Assembly: GCA_047947115.1 (NCBI GenBank)
Contig: CP170459.1
Location: forward strand, 4,192,001-4,256,000
Origin: Verrucomicrobiota bacterium
Lineage (GTDB): Bacteria; Verrucomicrobiota; Verrucomicrobiia; Limisphaerales; AAA164-E04
Length of the DNA stretch: 64,000 bases
Reading direction: 5' to 3'
Shown: positions 9,636-20,500 of the stretch, in pieces
How positions within the stretch are numbered: the first letter of the stretch is position 1
Layout: each line of letters opens with the position of its first letter
The notes under the pieces: generated by a model
Databases searched by the model: none
The model's input: the letters and a program-made list of their open reading frames with translations, nothing else
Told to the model about the DNA's origin: nothing
Position numbers and translations under genes: made by a program

Positions 9636-12633
9636 ATGATACGTCCCATCCTTCTTCTCCCTTTTCTGTGCGGATACCTGTCGATTCACGCTCAGAACTT
9701 CCGCGCACCTTATAACAGTGAACCTTCGGATTCACCCCTCACCTCGCCAAAAGAAGCACTGGACGCTGTTGAAGCGCCTGAAGGATACCATGTCTCCACG
9801 TTTGCACATGAACCGGATGTGCAACAACCCATCGCCCTCACAACGGATGCCCGGGGTCCCTGTGGATAGCGGAGAATTATACCTATTCCGAAAGTCCCTT
9901 GAATTTCGATCTCACACTTCGTGACCGAATCGTCATTCTGGATGACGAAAACGAGGATGGAATTTGCGACCGTCGCACGGTCTTTTGGGACCAAGGTCAA
10001 CGCATCACCGGGGTGGAACTGGGATTAGGCGGTGCATGGGTCATTGCCCCTCCTCAATTGCTCTTCATCCCGGATCGAGATCACGACGACATACCGGACT
10101 CACAACCGGAAATCATGCTCGATGGATTTGATTCAGACAAAATCCGTCACAACCTCGCCAACGGCATCAAGTGGGGGCCGGACGGCTGGTTGTATGGACG
10201 TCATGGAATCCTGACCGACTCCCTTGTTGGCGTTCCCGGGGCGGAACGTGAAGATCGAACCCGTTTTCATTGTGGCATCTGGCGTTGGCACCCACGATCC
10301 GGCCAAATTGAAATGGTGGCGGAAGGCACCACGAACCCGTGGGGACATGATTGGAATGATGTTGGGGAACTGTTCTTCATCAACACGGTTATCGGCCATC
10401 TCTGGCACGCGGTTCCGGGCTCTTATTTTGAACGCATGTACGGAGAACCCAAACGACAGAACCTTTACCGCCTGATTCCCCAAACAGCCGATCACGTCCA
10501 CTGGGACTCCCGTGAACAATGGATGGACATCCGCAAAGGCATGTCGGACCGCACATCCGAACTCGGGGGCGGCCACGCGCACTCGGGATTCATGATCTAC
10601 CTGGGTGATCAATGGCCAGCCACCCTGCGAGGCGAAAGCTTTGCCATCAGTCTGCACGGACAACGGATCAATCACGATCATATCGAACGGCGTGGCGCCG
10701 GATACAAGGCAACTCATCGACCCGATTTCGCTCACTTCAAAGATCCATGGTTCCGTGGGATTGATCTGACTTACGGTCCGGATGGAAGTGTTTATGTATT
10801 GGATTGGTCGGATGTCGGCGAGTGCCATGAAAACACCGGCGTTCATCGCAGTTCAGGTCGTATTTACAAGATTGCATACCGATCCGGTGACCTGGAGAAC
10901 CAACCGGAACACGTCCGCCCTCATCTCCGTCAACTGTCCACACTGGAACTGGCCAAACTCCAGGTCCACCCAAACGACTGGTGGGTACGTCAAGCCAGGA
11001 TGATACTTCGGGAACGCTTTCTGGACGGCGTTGACATGAGTCCGGCACATGCTTTTTTTGACCAAGAAATGTCCAAGCCAAATACCACTCCAGTCCGACT
11101 GCGGATTTTGTGGGCTCAGGCTCTCACCGACGGCATCGATCAGGAAACATTGATCCGCCGCATCAATGCCCAGAACGAAAACATGCGTGCGTGGAGTATT
11201 CGTCTACTGGCGGATAACGGTAACGAGCCGACACCTGAAATAGTGAAAGCCCTGGTCGACCGCGCTCGCAAGGAAGACTCCGGCCTGACCCTGCTTTACA
11301 TGGCGTCTGTGATGCGTCATTTGAAAACGAACGATGCTTGGATGTTGGCAAACATTATCGGGACCAAACAAATGTTCGCCGATGATCCGCAACTACCGGC
11401 GCTCATCTGGCACAGTCTGGAACCAAAAATCGTCTCCGACACAGAATCTGCCCTGAATTATCTGGATCTCCACCCCATGCCCGACCTTGCGCGCTGGACC
11501 GTGAGGCGACTCACCCAGGAAATAAAGAATCACCCTGCATCGCAAGAGCTTTGCTCAATCGAGTGATTCAACCCCTCCGTGAAAAGGACGTATCCATCAT
11601 CCTTCATGGAATGAGCGAAGCCCTACAGGGCTGGAGCAAAGCCGATCAACCCGACAACTGGGAAGCCGTCTACCAGCGTTGGCACCGGACAAACAACCCT
11701 GAAATCGCAGGCTACCTCAATGAATTAGCTGTAGTGTTCGGTGATGGACGCATTGATGCATCACTCATGGAGATCGCCGGAGACGAAACACGAGACATCC
11801 ATACGCGACGCAACGCACTGGACACACTCGCCAAATCGAGCAAAGCATCCAATATCCCATTTATGCAGCGCATGCTGCAAGAGCGCAAAATGAGCGACAT
11901 TGCCGTGCAGGGATTATCTCTTCACTGGTCGGATGAAATCGGCGATTTGCTGACCCTCCGGTATGGAGGCATGTCGCGTCAGGGCAAAGACACAGTGATC
12001 GAGTCCCTGATCAGTCGTACTTCAAGCATTGCGCATTTGTTGAAAGGCATCCAAAACAATCGCATCCCAGCGCGTGATATCAAAGCCTTTGAACGTCGAA
12101 GAATGGTGCGGATGAGCGATTCTACCCTTCTGGAAACCATCCGCAGCATCTGGCCGGAATCACCCGAAGAGGATCTGGAAGATAAAATCCTCGCGGAAAA
12201 GTGGCAGAAGAGAATAACCGGCCTTGAAACCACACGCGCCGATCTCCAAGCAGGACGTGAACTATTCAGCACCCTCTGCGGAACCTGCCATAAATTACGT
12301 GGGGCAGGCGGAGAGTTGGGACCGGATTTGACCGGATCAGACAGAACCAACCTGGATTACCTCCTTGAGAACATTCTTTTTCCAAGCCGCACCGTTCCTG
12401 ACGACTACCGCATGCTGCGAATCACCATGAACGACGGACGATCACTGGATGGTTTAAAAGGTCCTGAAACCCAATCAACTCTGGTCCTCAAAACCCCCAA
12501 ACAAACCATCGTCCTGGAAAAAGACGCCATCCAGGAAAGCACCACCTCCAACCTGTCCCTAATGCCAGAAGGCCTCCTGGAAGGCCTCGACGAACAACAA
12601 ATGCGCGACCTTTTCGGCTATTTGATGCAATAA
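9636..12633 (+). pseudogene. PVC-type membrane-bound dehydrogenase / heme-binding CxxCH protein split by two frameshifts
   Basis: Three consecutive ORFs (9636-9869, 9899-11566, 11551-12633) join into signal peptide + beta-propeller (WGPDGWLYG, NPWG) + HEAT repeats + CGTCH + SLMPEGL. This is colinear with the intact paralog at 20501-23536. Shifts lie near 9860 and 11548. Confidence 0.85.
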
Positions 12634-12751
12634 TGACAGAACTTCGTGTCCCTTCGTGCCTTGAGGCAAACATCACGCCCCTACAATTCCCATCGGATTT
12701 TATCATCGCCAAATTCCCCGGCTTTGGTTTTGATCTTCGTCAACATCACTT

Positions 12752-13555
12752 ATGATACGTCGCCCGATCAGTTCATTGACAAGGATCACACTGGGTATTC
12801 TGTCCGTTGTATGCCTGCTCACCGGTTATTCCTGGCTTTCACACCGCCAGCACATTGCCAATCCAAAAGACACCACCATCCCTAATTGGACACAATTGAC
12901 CGAAGGGATCAAAAAATCAATCACCTGGAACGAACGTACCGAGGAGCGTTGGCTGACAGATGATGCCAAGGCAACCGTCATCCGACTCTTTTCTGGTCTG
13001 GGCATCGCTGTTGTCGGAGCGTGTCTGTTGGGAATCGGCATGGGATGTCTCACCCCCATGGAGGCATTTTTTCACCCGCCACTTTCCTTTCTTGCAAAAA
13101 TTCCGGCCACCGCCGTTCTGGCTGTTTTCATGGCGTTGGTCGGCCTGGGGATGGAGATGTATATCACCATGATTGTCTTCGGCATCCTGCCTTCGATGGC
13201 GATCAGCGTATACCAGGCGGTGAAGGAATTCCCGGAAGAACTTCAATACAAGGCCTACACGTTGGGAGCCTCCCACATGGAAGTCATATGGACCATCATT
13301 TTCCCGCAAGTGCTTCCTAAACTCATCGATGCCACCCGCCTGATGATCGGTCCGGCCATGGTGTATTTGATCGCTGCCGAAATGCTGTTTGGTGACGTCG
13401 GATTTGGCTACCGTATCCGCATCCAATCCAAACTGCTCAGCATGAACGTGGTTTACCCTTATCTTGCGCTCCTAGCAGGATTCGGGTTTTCAATGGATTA
13501 CTTGTTGAAGATCTTTCAACGCAAGATTTCACCCTGGTTTGAAGCCCATCATTAA
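12752..13555 (+). CDS. ABC transporter permease (NitT/TauT/SsuC-like)
   Basis: Multiple TM segments; EAA-like KAYTLGAS; LIAAEM...GFGYRI. Confidence 0.88.
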   Translation: MIRRPISSLTRITLGILSVVCLLTGYSWLSHRQHIANPKDTTIPNWTQLTEGIKKSITWNERTEERWLTDDAKATVIRLFSGLGIAVVGACLLGIGMGCLTPMEAFFHPPLSFLAKIPATAVLAVFMALVGLGMEMYITMIVFGILPSMAISVYQAVKEFPEELQYKAYTLGASHMEVIWTIIFPQVLPKLIDATRLMIGPAMVYLIAAEMLFGDVGFGYRIRIQSKLLSMNVVYPYLALLAGFGFSMDYLLKIFQRKISPWFEAHH

Positions 13556-13563
13556 ACGTCTCC

Positions 13564-14484
13564 ATGACCGATCCGCAAACACATCCACTCGCCTTGAATT
13601 GCCAATCAATTTCCCATTGGTTTGGTTCCAAGAAGGTGCTTTATGACGTCAACCTTAGAATTGAAAGGGGTCAATTCGTCAGTTTGGTGGGCCCGAGCGG
13701 TTGTGGAAAATCCACCTTGCTGCGTGCCATCGTCGGCACACATCTTCCGCGTAAAGGAAATATACTCGTGCATTCCAAGGAACCGGGATCCAAACCTTCA
13801 CCTGTCACCGGCCCTGGCCGCGACCGTGGGATTGTCTATCAACATTACTCCCTTTTTCCATTTCTTACAGCACTTGAGAATGTCGCCATCGGTCTCAAAC
13901 TGGATGAAACTAACATCCCCTTTCGCACGTTTCGCTGGTTCGCCTGGCGCAGGCTGCGAAAGCAGCACTTGAAACTGGCAGCTGAATATTTGGATCGCGT
14001 GAAGCTCGGAGACGCCATGCATCTCTACCCACATGAAATGTCCGGCGGCATGCGCCAACGCGTCGCCATAGCACAGGCCCTGGTTATGAAACCTGAAATC
14101 ATCCTGCTCGACGAACCATTCGGTGCATTGGACGAAGCTACACGGGAGGAGTTGCAGCGGGCGTTGCTGCTGCTCTATGCGGAAAACCAGACCGCTTTGA
14201 AACTAGGCGAAGCCCCACCCTTTACGTTGATCATTGTCACCCATGAGTTGAACGAAGCCATCTATGTCGGAGACCGTTTGATCGGCCTCTCCCAATACTG
14301 GGATTGGGAGGGTGAAAACCACACGCAACCTCCCGGGGCTTCCATCGTATACGATGTGCCATCTCCCGTCTTCGATCCGGATGCCCTCCGCGATTTCGAG
14401 ATCTTCGAAAAGCAAAGGGATGCCGTCAGAAATGACGTATTCGATCCAAACTGCAAAAAACCACGCATTCCCGTGGAATCTTAA
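13564..14484 (+). CDS. ABC transporter ATP-binding protein (NitT/TauT/SsuB-like)
   Basis: GPSGCGKS, MSGGMRQR, LLDEPFGALD, VTHE. Confidence 0.93.
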   Translation: MTDPQTHPLALNCQSISHWFGSKKVLYDVNLRIERGQFVSLVGPSGCGKSTLLRAIVGTHLPRKGNILVHSKEPGSKPSPVTGPGRDRGIVYQHYSLFPFLTALENVAIGLKLDETNIPFRTFRWFAWRRLRKQHLKLAAEYLDRVKLGDAMHLYPHEMSGGMRQRVAIAQALVMKPEIILLDEPFGALDEATREELQRALLLLYAENQTALKLGEAPPFTLIIVTHELNEAIYVGDRLIGLSQYWDWEGENHTQPPGASIVYDVPSPVFDPDALRDFEIFEKQRDAVRNDVFDPNCKKPRIPVES

Positions 14485-14496
14485 CCCCGTTTATCC

Positions 14497-16326
14497 ATGA
14501 TCATGAGTCGCGAGGCGCCCCCATTTCTTAAACAAGCAGGACGCATTCTCAATTCGGGACAGGCACGCACGCTGCTGCTGACCGGCAATATCCATGATTT
14601 GTTTTTCAAGAAGGAACAGGATCAGGAGGATTATGTCTCACTGCTTCCCTTCCTGCTGCATCACTGGGACGTCCCTGATTTCATCCTCATCATCCATGAA
14701 CTGAATGGTCCCATTCGCTTTTTACACAAAGAACACACTGCGCTCATGAAACGAGCGTGGATCGAATGGCGCACCGGTATGAGCGACGAGGAAATGGCCA
14801 TCCAGCGCATGTTGAATAAAGGACAACTTCAATCCGATGGCGATTCAGTGGGCGAAGCCTTTGACCATCACATGCACAAAGCCGTTGGCAACCCAACCCT
14901 GGCGCTGGAACTCATGCGCCAGATGTGCCTTTGCTCTCGATCCAAGCACAACGGCAAAGCCATTCTTCGGCAAAACCTCATCATCCTGATTGAAGGGGCC
15001 GACCTGTTGCTCCCCGAATCTCCCATGTCACAACTCAGCGATGTGGATCGACAACGGGTTGCGATTTGTCAGGATTGGTTCAGTGACCAGGGATTCCTGA
15101 GATCCGATGATTCGGTGATCATGCTCGCAGAATCCAGAAGCCTCATCCATCATCGCATCGCCAACCTGCCGTATCTGCTGGAATCAGAAATCCCTTCACC
15201 GGATGAAGAAACACGCAAACATTTCATTTCATGGTTCAACCGTCACCTCAACGACGGAGAAGAACTCAAATTATGGAGCACCCAAAGCAAATTGGCCACC
15301 CTTACAGCGGGTTTGTCTCTTCAGGCGTTGCTTCAATTACTAAAAGGAGCCGCCCATGCACGGGAAAAACTTCAGCCCGCCGAAGTCGTAGGCAAAGTGG
15401 AATCCTTCATCCAGAATCAACTAGGCGATTCCGTCGTCGAATTTAAAAAACCCGAACACCATCTCAATGACGTGGTCGGGTTTCGCAAGTTGAAAGCCTT
15501 TCTCATCCAAGAACTCATTCCACGATTCCGAATCCAGGGCAAAGCCGCTCTGCCAGGAGCGGCGGTGTGCGGCCCGATTGGAAGCGGCAAAACATTCATC
15601 TTCGAAGCGGTCGCCTCGGAACTGGACATGGTGGTGCTGGTGCTCAAAAATCTCCGAAGCCAATGGTTCGGACAAACGGATGTTATCTTCGAACGACTGC
15701 GGCGCGTGCTCGAAGCACTTTCCAAGGTGTTGATCTTTGTCGATGAGGCAGACACACAGTTCGGCGCAATCGGAACCAATGCACATGAAACCGAACGACG
15801 CCTGACCGGAAAAATCCAGGCCATGATGTCGGACCCACGCTTGCGCGGCCGTGTGTTCTGGCTCTTGATCACCGCCCGGATTCATCAACTCTCACCCGAC
15901 CTGCGACGTCCCGGACGTGTTGGTGACTTGATCATTCCCGTGCTGGATCCGGACAACGAGGACCGGGCAGCATTTATTAATTGGATGCTCAAACCAATCA
16001 TCGGTCAACGCCTGGCACAGGAATCGATCCATTCTTTGACCTTACAATTGGCAAATTATTCAGCCGCCGCTCTGGCATCGTTACGATCTGAACTCATTGC
16101 CACGAAGTTGCTCAAAAAAGCCGATTTCCTGAGTCTCGAGGAAATTCTCGAGGTGGTGAACGACCACCTTCCCGCGGCCATTGAATCCACCCGGCGCTAC
16201 CAAACCCTTCAGGCACTCATTCATTGCAGCCGCCGCAGTCTGTTGCCGGATCCGAATGTCACCGATGATCAAAGAGCCATGTGGGAATCTGAGGTCAAAC
16301 AAATGGAATCCAATGGCATGCATTAA
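14497..16326 (+). CDS. AAA+ ATPase with degenerate N-terminal AAA-like domain
   Basis: Walker A GPIGSGKT, Walker B IFVDEAD, arginine-finger region DLRRPGR. Confidence 0.85.
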   Translation: MIMSREAPPFLKQAGRILNSGQARTLLLTGNIHDLFFKKEQDQEDYVSLLPFLLHHWDVPDFILIIHELNGPIRFLHKEHTALMKRAWIEWRTGMSDEEMAIQRMLNKGQLQSDGDSVGEAFDHHMHKAVGNPTLALELMRQMCLCSRSKHNGKAILRQNLIILIEGADLLLPESPMSQLSDVDRQRVAICQDWFSDQGFLRSDDSVIMLAESRSLIHHRIANLPYLLESEIPSPDEETRKHFISWFNRHLNDGEELKLWSTQSKLATLTAGLSLQALLQLLKGAAHAREKLQPAEVVGKVESFIQNQLGDSVVEFKKPEHHLNDVVGFRKLKAFLIQELIPRFRIQGKAALPGAAVCGPIGSGKTFIFEAVASELDMVVLVLKNLRSQWFGQTDVIFERLRRVLEALSKVLIFVDEADTQFGAIGTNAHETERRLTGKIQAMMSDPRLRGRVFWLLITARIHQLSPDLRRPGRVGDLIIPVLDPDNEDRAAFINWMLKPIIGQRLAQESIHSLTLQLANYSAAALASLRSELIATKLLKKADFLSLEEILEVVNDHLPAAIESTRRYQTLQALIHCSRRSLLPDPNVTDDQRAMWESEVKQMESNGMH

Positions 16327-16331
16327 TCACC

Positions 16332-17855
16332 ATGGAACCCGATCACTCCAAAAAAAGCAGACAAACCCAACACTCCAATAGAAAGCGTACCAGGCAACCG
16401 ACGATCAAAAAGGATGTGACCATTTCCAAAGAATCACGCCCGCGCATCTGGATGGCTTGGTCGATGGGGGTCATGATCGCCATTTCGGTGATCGGGTGGT
16501 ATGCCACCATGGACCGGATACCCGCCCAATTAAAACTGGTAACGGGAGAAGACGGTGGACTATATCATCAAGTCGGTGATTTGTTGGGCGATATCTGGAA
16601 TAAACATACAGAATCGAATCTGGAGATTGTTTCAAGTACGGGCAGCGGAGAAAATCGCTCCGCTCTGATGCATCACGATGTCGATTTGGCCATCCTTCAG
16701 GGAGACGCTGTTTCGTTGGACGGATTCTCAATCATAGCACCGCTATACCCTGAATTGGTACATGTCATTGTCCGAAAGGAATCAGACATCCATCGTGTTC
16801 AAGACCTGAAGGGGCATCAAATCCTCATTGGCTCACCCCACTCGGGGATGAGATCCACTGCAAAGGAAATCCTCAGTTACCATGGGCTGACCGATGACAA
16901 ATTCCAGGCCCATGAAATGTATTTCACGGAACTGGATCAGCACCCGGAAATTGACGCTGCCATCGTAACGGCGGGCATGATGAATCCGGACCTCAAAAAG
17001 CTGCTGAACACTGGTGACTACCGGCTCATCCCCATTGAATACGCCGAGGCCATCGCCATGCAAAACTCCTTTTTCATCCAGATGAAAATTCCCAAAGCGC
17101 TCTACGGATTTGGGACGGTTCCCACCGATGTGGATTGTATCACCGTGGCGACCACGTCCTTGTTGGTGGGACGAGAAGATATCGGGTCCGCCGTGGTGGA
17201 TGAGTTGCTCAATTGCGTTTTTCAGCAATCACTGTGGATGCATCTCCCCACGCTGCACAGCACCGACGACATTCTGCGGGACTGGAGCAAACTTCGATAC
17301 CACCCGAGAGCCCACCAATTTTTCAATCCATCCGACCGGGTCGGACACATGGCCAACATCATGGAATCCCTGGCCGCCTTCAAGGAGCTGGCTGTGGCGT
17401 TGGTGGCGGGGCTTTACCTGCTATGGGACCGATGGAAACGCATACAGGAAAAAGACGTCGAAAGACGTATGCTGCTAGAAAAAGACAAACTGGACGTTCT
17501 TCTCACCAAAACGCTGATTATCGAACGTTCCCAAATGGAATCCAACAGCATTCCTGAACTTCGTGGCATGTTGGATAAAGTCACGCGCATCAAACTCCAG
17601 GCGCTGGACGAACTCACCCACGAAGCCCTTCGGGGAGATCGCATTTTTTTGATCTTCCTGACCCAATGCGCCAATCTGATTACCAAAATCCAGGCCAAGA
17701 TTACCCAGCTCAATATCGAAGAAGCCGGGTTCGATCATCATGCAGTTCCCCCTGCCTCATTCAAAAAACGTAAACCACGGCGCAACAACACCAACACCTC
17801 CAAGAATGGGATATCAACACATACCAGTAAAAAAGGTACTGTGGAAGAATGTTGA
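16332..17855 (+). CDS. TAXI-family TRAP solute-binding protein with N- and C-terminal membrane segments
   Basis: TGEDGGLY, STGSGEN, DLAILQGD, LYPELVHVIVR, DLKG, YHPRA. A C-terminal hydrophobic helix is followed by a helical tail. Confidence 0.85.
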   Translation: MEPDHSKKSRQTQHSNRKRTRQPTIKKDVTISKESRPRIWMAWSMGVMIAISVIGWYATMDRIPAQLKLVTGEDGGLYHQVGDLLGDIWNKHTESNLEIVSSTGSGENRSALMHHDVDLAILQGDAVSLDGFSIIAPLYPELVHVIVRKESDIHRVQDLKGHQILIGSPHSGMRSTAKEILSYHGLTDDKFQAHEMYFTELDQHPEIDAAIVTAGMMNPDLKKLLNTGDYRLIPIEYAEAIAMQNSFFIQMKIPKALYGFGTVPTDVDCITVATTSLLVGREDIGSAVVDELLNCVFQQSLWMHLPTLHSTDDILRDWSKLRYHPRAHQFFNPSDRVGHMANIMESLAAFKELAVALVAGLYLLWDRWKRIQEKDVERRMLLEKDKLDVLLTKTLIIERSQMESNSIPELRGMLDKVTRIKLQALDELTHEALRGDRIFLIFLTQCANLITKIQAKITQLNIEEAGFDHHAVPPASFKKRKPRRNNTNTSKNGISTHTSKKGTVEEC

Positions 17856-17894
17856 TATTAAGAGTAAAAGTAGGGTTAGCGCAGTGTGAAGGCA

Positions 17895-18217
17895 GGTAGA
17901 ACGTGATGTCCCTGGCGCGTCGCCTTGTGGCATACCTGTTTATAACGTTTGCCAAAAGTAATTTCAGAAAAAACTCTGCGTCACTGCGTCACTAGCGCAG
18001 CGGGCGTGAGGATAAGAAGCATCAGCGAGCCCCTTATGCGCAAATACTTTTGCAATCAGTATACCCCCCCAAGGAATCCCCTGACGCAATGGAACTCACA
18101 CCCTCATCTCCAAAATTCCTAATGGAACAGGACATTGAAAACCACCGACTTCCCAAAAGGAAAAACAAATGCAATATGATCACTGCAAGGGACGCGCCAG
18201 GGACGGCACGTTCTACC
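17895..18217. repeat. Inverted REP pair (REPIN-like), 27-bp arms, between convergent genes
   Basis: GGTAGAACGTGATGTCCCTGGCGCGTC (17895-17921) matches the reverse complement of 18191-18217 at 25/27 positions. Confidence 0.8.
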
Positions 18218-18239
18218 AGAGGCACTCCTTCAACATTCA

Positions 18240-20405
18240 TTATTGCCCATCCTTTTTCAGCGTTCGAACAGAAAGCCCTGCCACGCGCCAATCCCCTGGC
18301 GCCTCAACACCAAGGTGAGGACGCGTATCCAACCTGAGGGATTGTCCTCGTTTTAGCACTCCGAGGTCGCTTAGGATTCCTTGCTGATCTTTGGCGTCAT
18401 TGTCAGCGTCGACACAATAGATGGCCAAAGGATGATGTTCACCTACTGTGTAATATCCACCACACCTTCCACCATCTCCAGCCACCAATGAAACAGATTC
18501 CACCAGGACATCGTGATCAAATCGAAATATCAACGCCTCACTATCATCAACTCTCATAGAACGGCCACCAAAGACCCCGAAACCATCCGCGTGCTTCGTG
18601 AAACCAAAAGTTCGGACCAATTCTCCTTGCCGTTCGAGCGCGATCGTCATGGTTAGTGTCTCCAAGCCATCCTTTTTGTCCAAAATAAACCGACCATTGG
18701 TACCTGGCGCCAATTGAACATTATGTCTCCAATCGTAATTAAAACGCTGCCCCAACGATAGAGCATCAAACCGAAGTCCACCAAGATTGCGCAAGGTCGC
18801 TGCACGATCTGAGATCCATTGAACCAATCCAGCCAAATCAGAACGCTCAAGGAGGTTTTCATTTTCATACCTGTCTTCGGCCAGATTATAGAGCGCAAAG
18901 GGTTGGGCTTTCCCCTCGCGCAGCAACCGCGCGTCGAAAAAAAGCTTCCACTGCCCGTCCATCACTTTACCGTTTACAACGGGCGAATCGATACGAACGG
19001 CACATGCTGCTGGATCGTCTTTGGCTTCTTTGTGATCGTTGAAAAACACTGGCGGATGTTGAAATGAAGACTCACCACGCATGGCAGGCAATACGTTAAA
19101 GCTGTCTTCAGCCCCCTTTTCACCCGCTGCCAGATCCGGCAATGAACTTCCCACCACAGCCGCTAAGGTGGCGAACATGTCTTGCAACGCAATCAAATCC
19201 GCACTTGTTTTACGTGAGGTTCCCATATCACCATCACCCACTCGCCCACGCTTCCAGGCAACGATGAAAGGCACACGATGTCCTCCTTCGAACACCGACG
19301 CCTTGTTGCTGCGAAAAGGACCGGTGGCTGTGTCGGTGTTTTTTTCCGCTCCATTGTCACTGGTAAAGATGACCATCGTGTTATCAAGCAATTTTTGCCC
19401 AGGGCTTCTCGGATCTTCGGTCTCATCCAACCAATCGATCAAACGCCCCAATGCCACATCATTTTCGTAGATAAAGTCATGACGCGTGTCCATTGGCAAA
19501 CCAGACACCGTTCTCGCTGCGCCGGCGACAGGATTGCCGCTTATGTCTGTATCCGGCGTATAAGGGGCATGATTGGAATTGGATGGGTAATAAAGGAAAA
19601 AAGGTTGATCCTTTGAAGATTCACCAGAGATGTGGTTCGTTAAAAACTCCATGGCACTGTTGGAATGACGACTGCCTAGCTTCGACAATACATACGCATC
19701 AGGACTTTCTTCCATCAGGGATCGACCCTTTCCTGATGCGGCCATGACCTCACGACCATGAATGTGGCCCGGGCCGACGTTTTGATTGGGACCATTCCCC
19801 TTTCCAAGGGCATTCCCCGCATCCGGACCTGAAGTCCCGTGCGAACGTGAAGTAATCCGGACAAAATCAAATCCATGATCCAGCGGAGAATCATACAATG
19901 GCTTCGTCAGGTCAGCATCCTTCCATCCCTCCGCAGGCCTTCCATCCGATTGACGAAAGCGCAATCCCACATGCCATTTGCCGACGATTGCCGTCCCATA
20001 CCCCGCCTCGTGCAACATCGTCGCAATGGTTGGCCGATCCCGTTCAATCATCGGGTCGCCCTGCGCGCCAAACAACACCCAGTGTTTCATCCTGCTTCTC
20101 CAGGAATATCTCCCGGTCAGCAAACTATATCGAGTGGTGGTACAACGCGACGATGGCGTATGCGCATCGGTGAACCGGACTCCCATGCGTGCCAGACGAT
20201 CCATATTGGGTGTATGCACCTGGACGGAATCATCATTTCCGGTGAAATCCTGATAAGCGCTGGTGTCCCCCATCCCCATGTCATCCGCCATCATGAGAAT
20301 GATATTGGGTGGTGGGGTTTGGGCTGCATGGCCCCTGAAAGGTGCGTTTGGCCAGAACAAGCCCAAAACCAGCAAGGACAATGCGTTTAAGCTACCATGT
20401 TTCAT
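18240..20405 (-). CDS. Arylsulfatase (S1 family) with C-terminal extra domain
   Basis: PNIILMMADDMG, RCTTTRYSLLTGRY, GKWHVG, FTSDNG, KASVFEGGHRVP, LYNLAED; signal peptide. Confidence 0.9.
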   Translation of the reverse strand: MKHGSLNALSLLVLGLFWPNAPFRGHAAQTPPPNIILMMADDMGMGDTSAYQDFTGNDDSVQVHTPNMDRLARMGVRFTDAHTPSSRCTTTRYSLLTGRYSWRSRMKHWVLFGAQGDPMIERDRPTIATMLHEAGYGTAIVGKWHVGLRFRQSDGRPAEGWKDADLTKPLYDSPLDHGFDFVRITSRSHGTSGPDAGNALGKGNGPNQNVGPGHIHGREVMAASGKGRSLMEESPDAYVLSKLGSRHSNSAMEFLTNHISGESSKDQPFFLYYPSNSNHAPYTPDTDISGNPVAGAARTVSGLPMDTRHDFIYENDVALGRLIDWLDETEDPRSPGQKLLDNTMVIFTSDNGAEKNTDTATGPFRSNKASVFEGGHRVPFIVAWKRGRVGDGDMGTSRKTSADLIALQDMFATLAAVVGSSLPDLAAGEKGAEDSFNVLPAMRGESSFQHPPVFFNDHKEAKDDPAACAVRIDSPVVNGKVMDGQWKLFFDARLLREGKAQPFALYNLAEDRYENENLLERSDLAGLVQWISDRAATLRNLGGLRFDALSLGQRFNYDWRHNVQLAPGTNGRFILDKKDGLETLTMTIALERQGELVRTFGFTKHADGFGVFGGRSMRVDDSEALIFRFDHDVLVESVSLVAGDGGRCGGYYTVGEHHPLAIYCVDADNDAKDQQGILSDLGVLKRGQSLRLDTRPHLGVEAPGDWRVAGLSVRTLKKDGQ

Positions 20406-20500
20406 GATGGGTTTTCTTTGGGAAATTAATCCAGGACTGGTCTGCGGAACCCATTTGGCATGGAGGAAGGTTTCAATCCCAGTTCAACATCATTCTTGTT

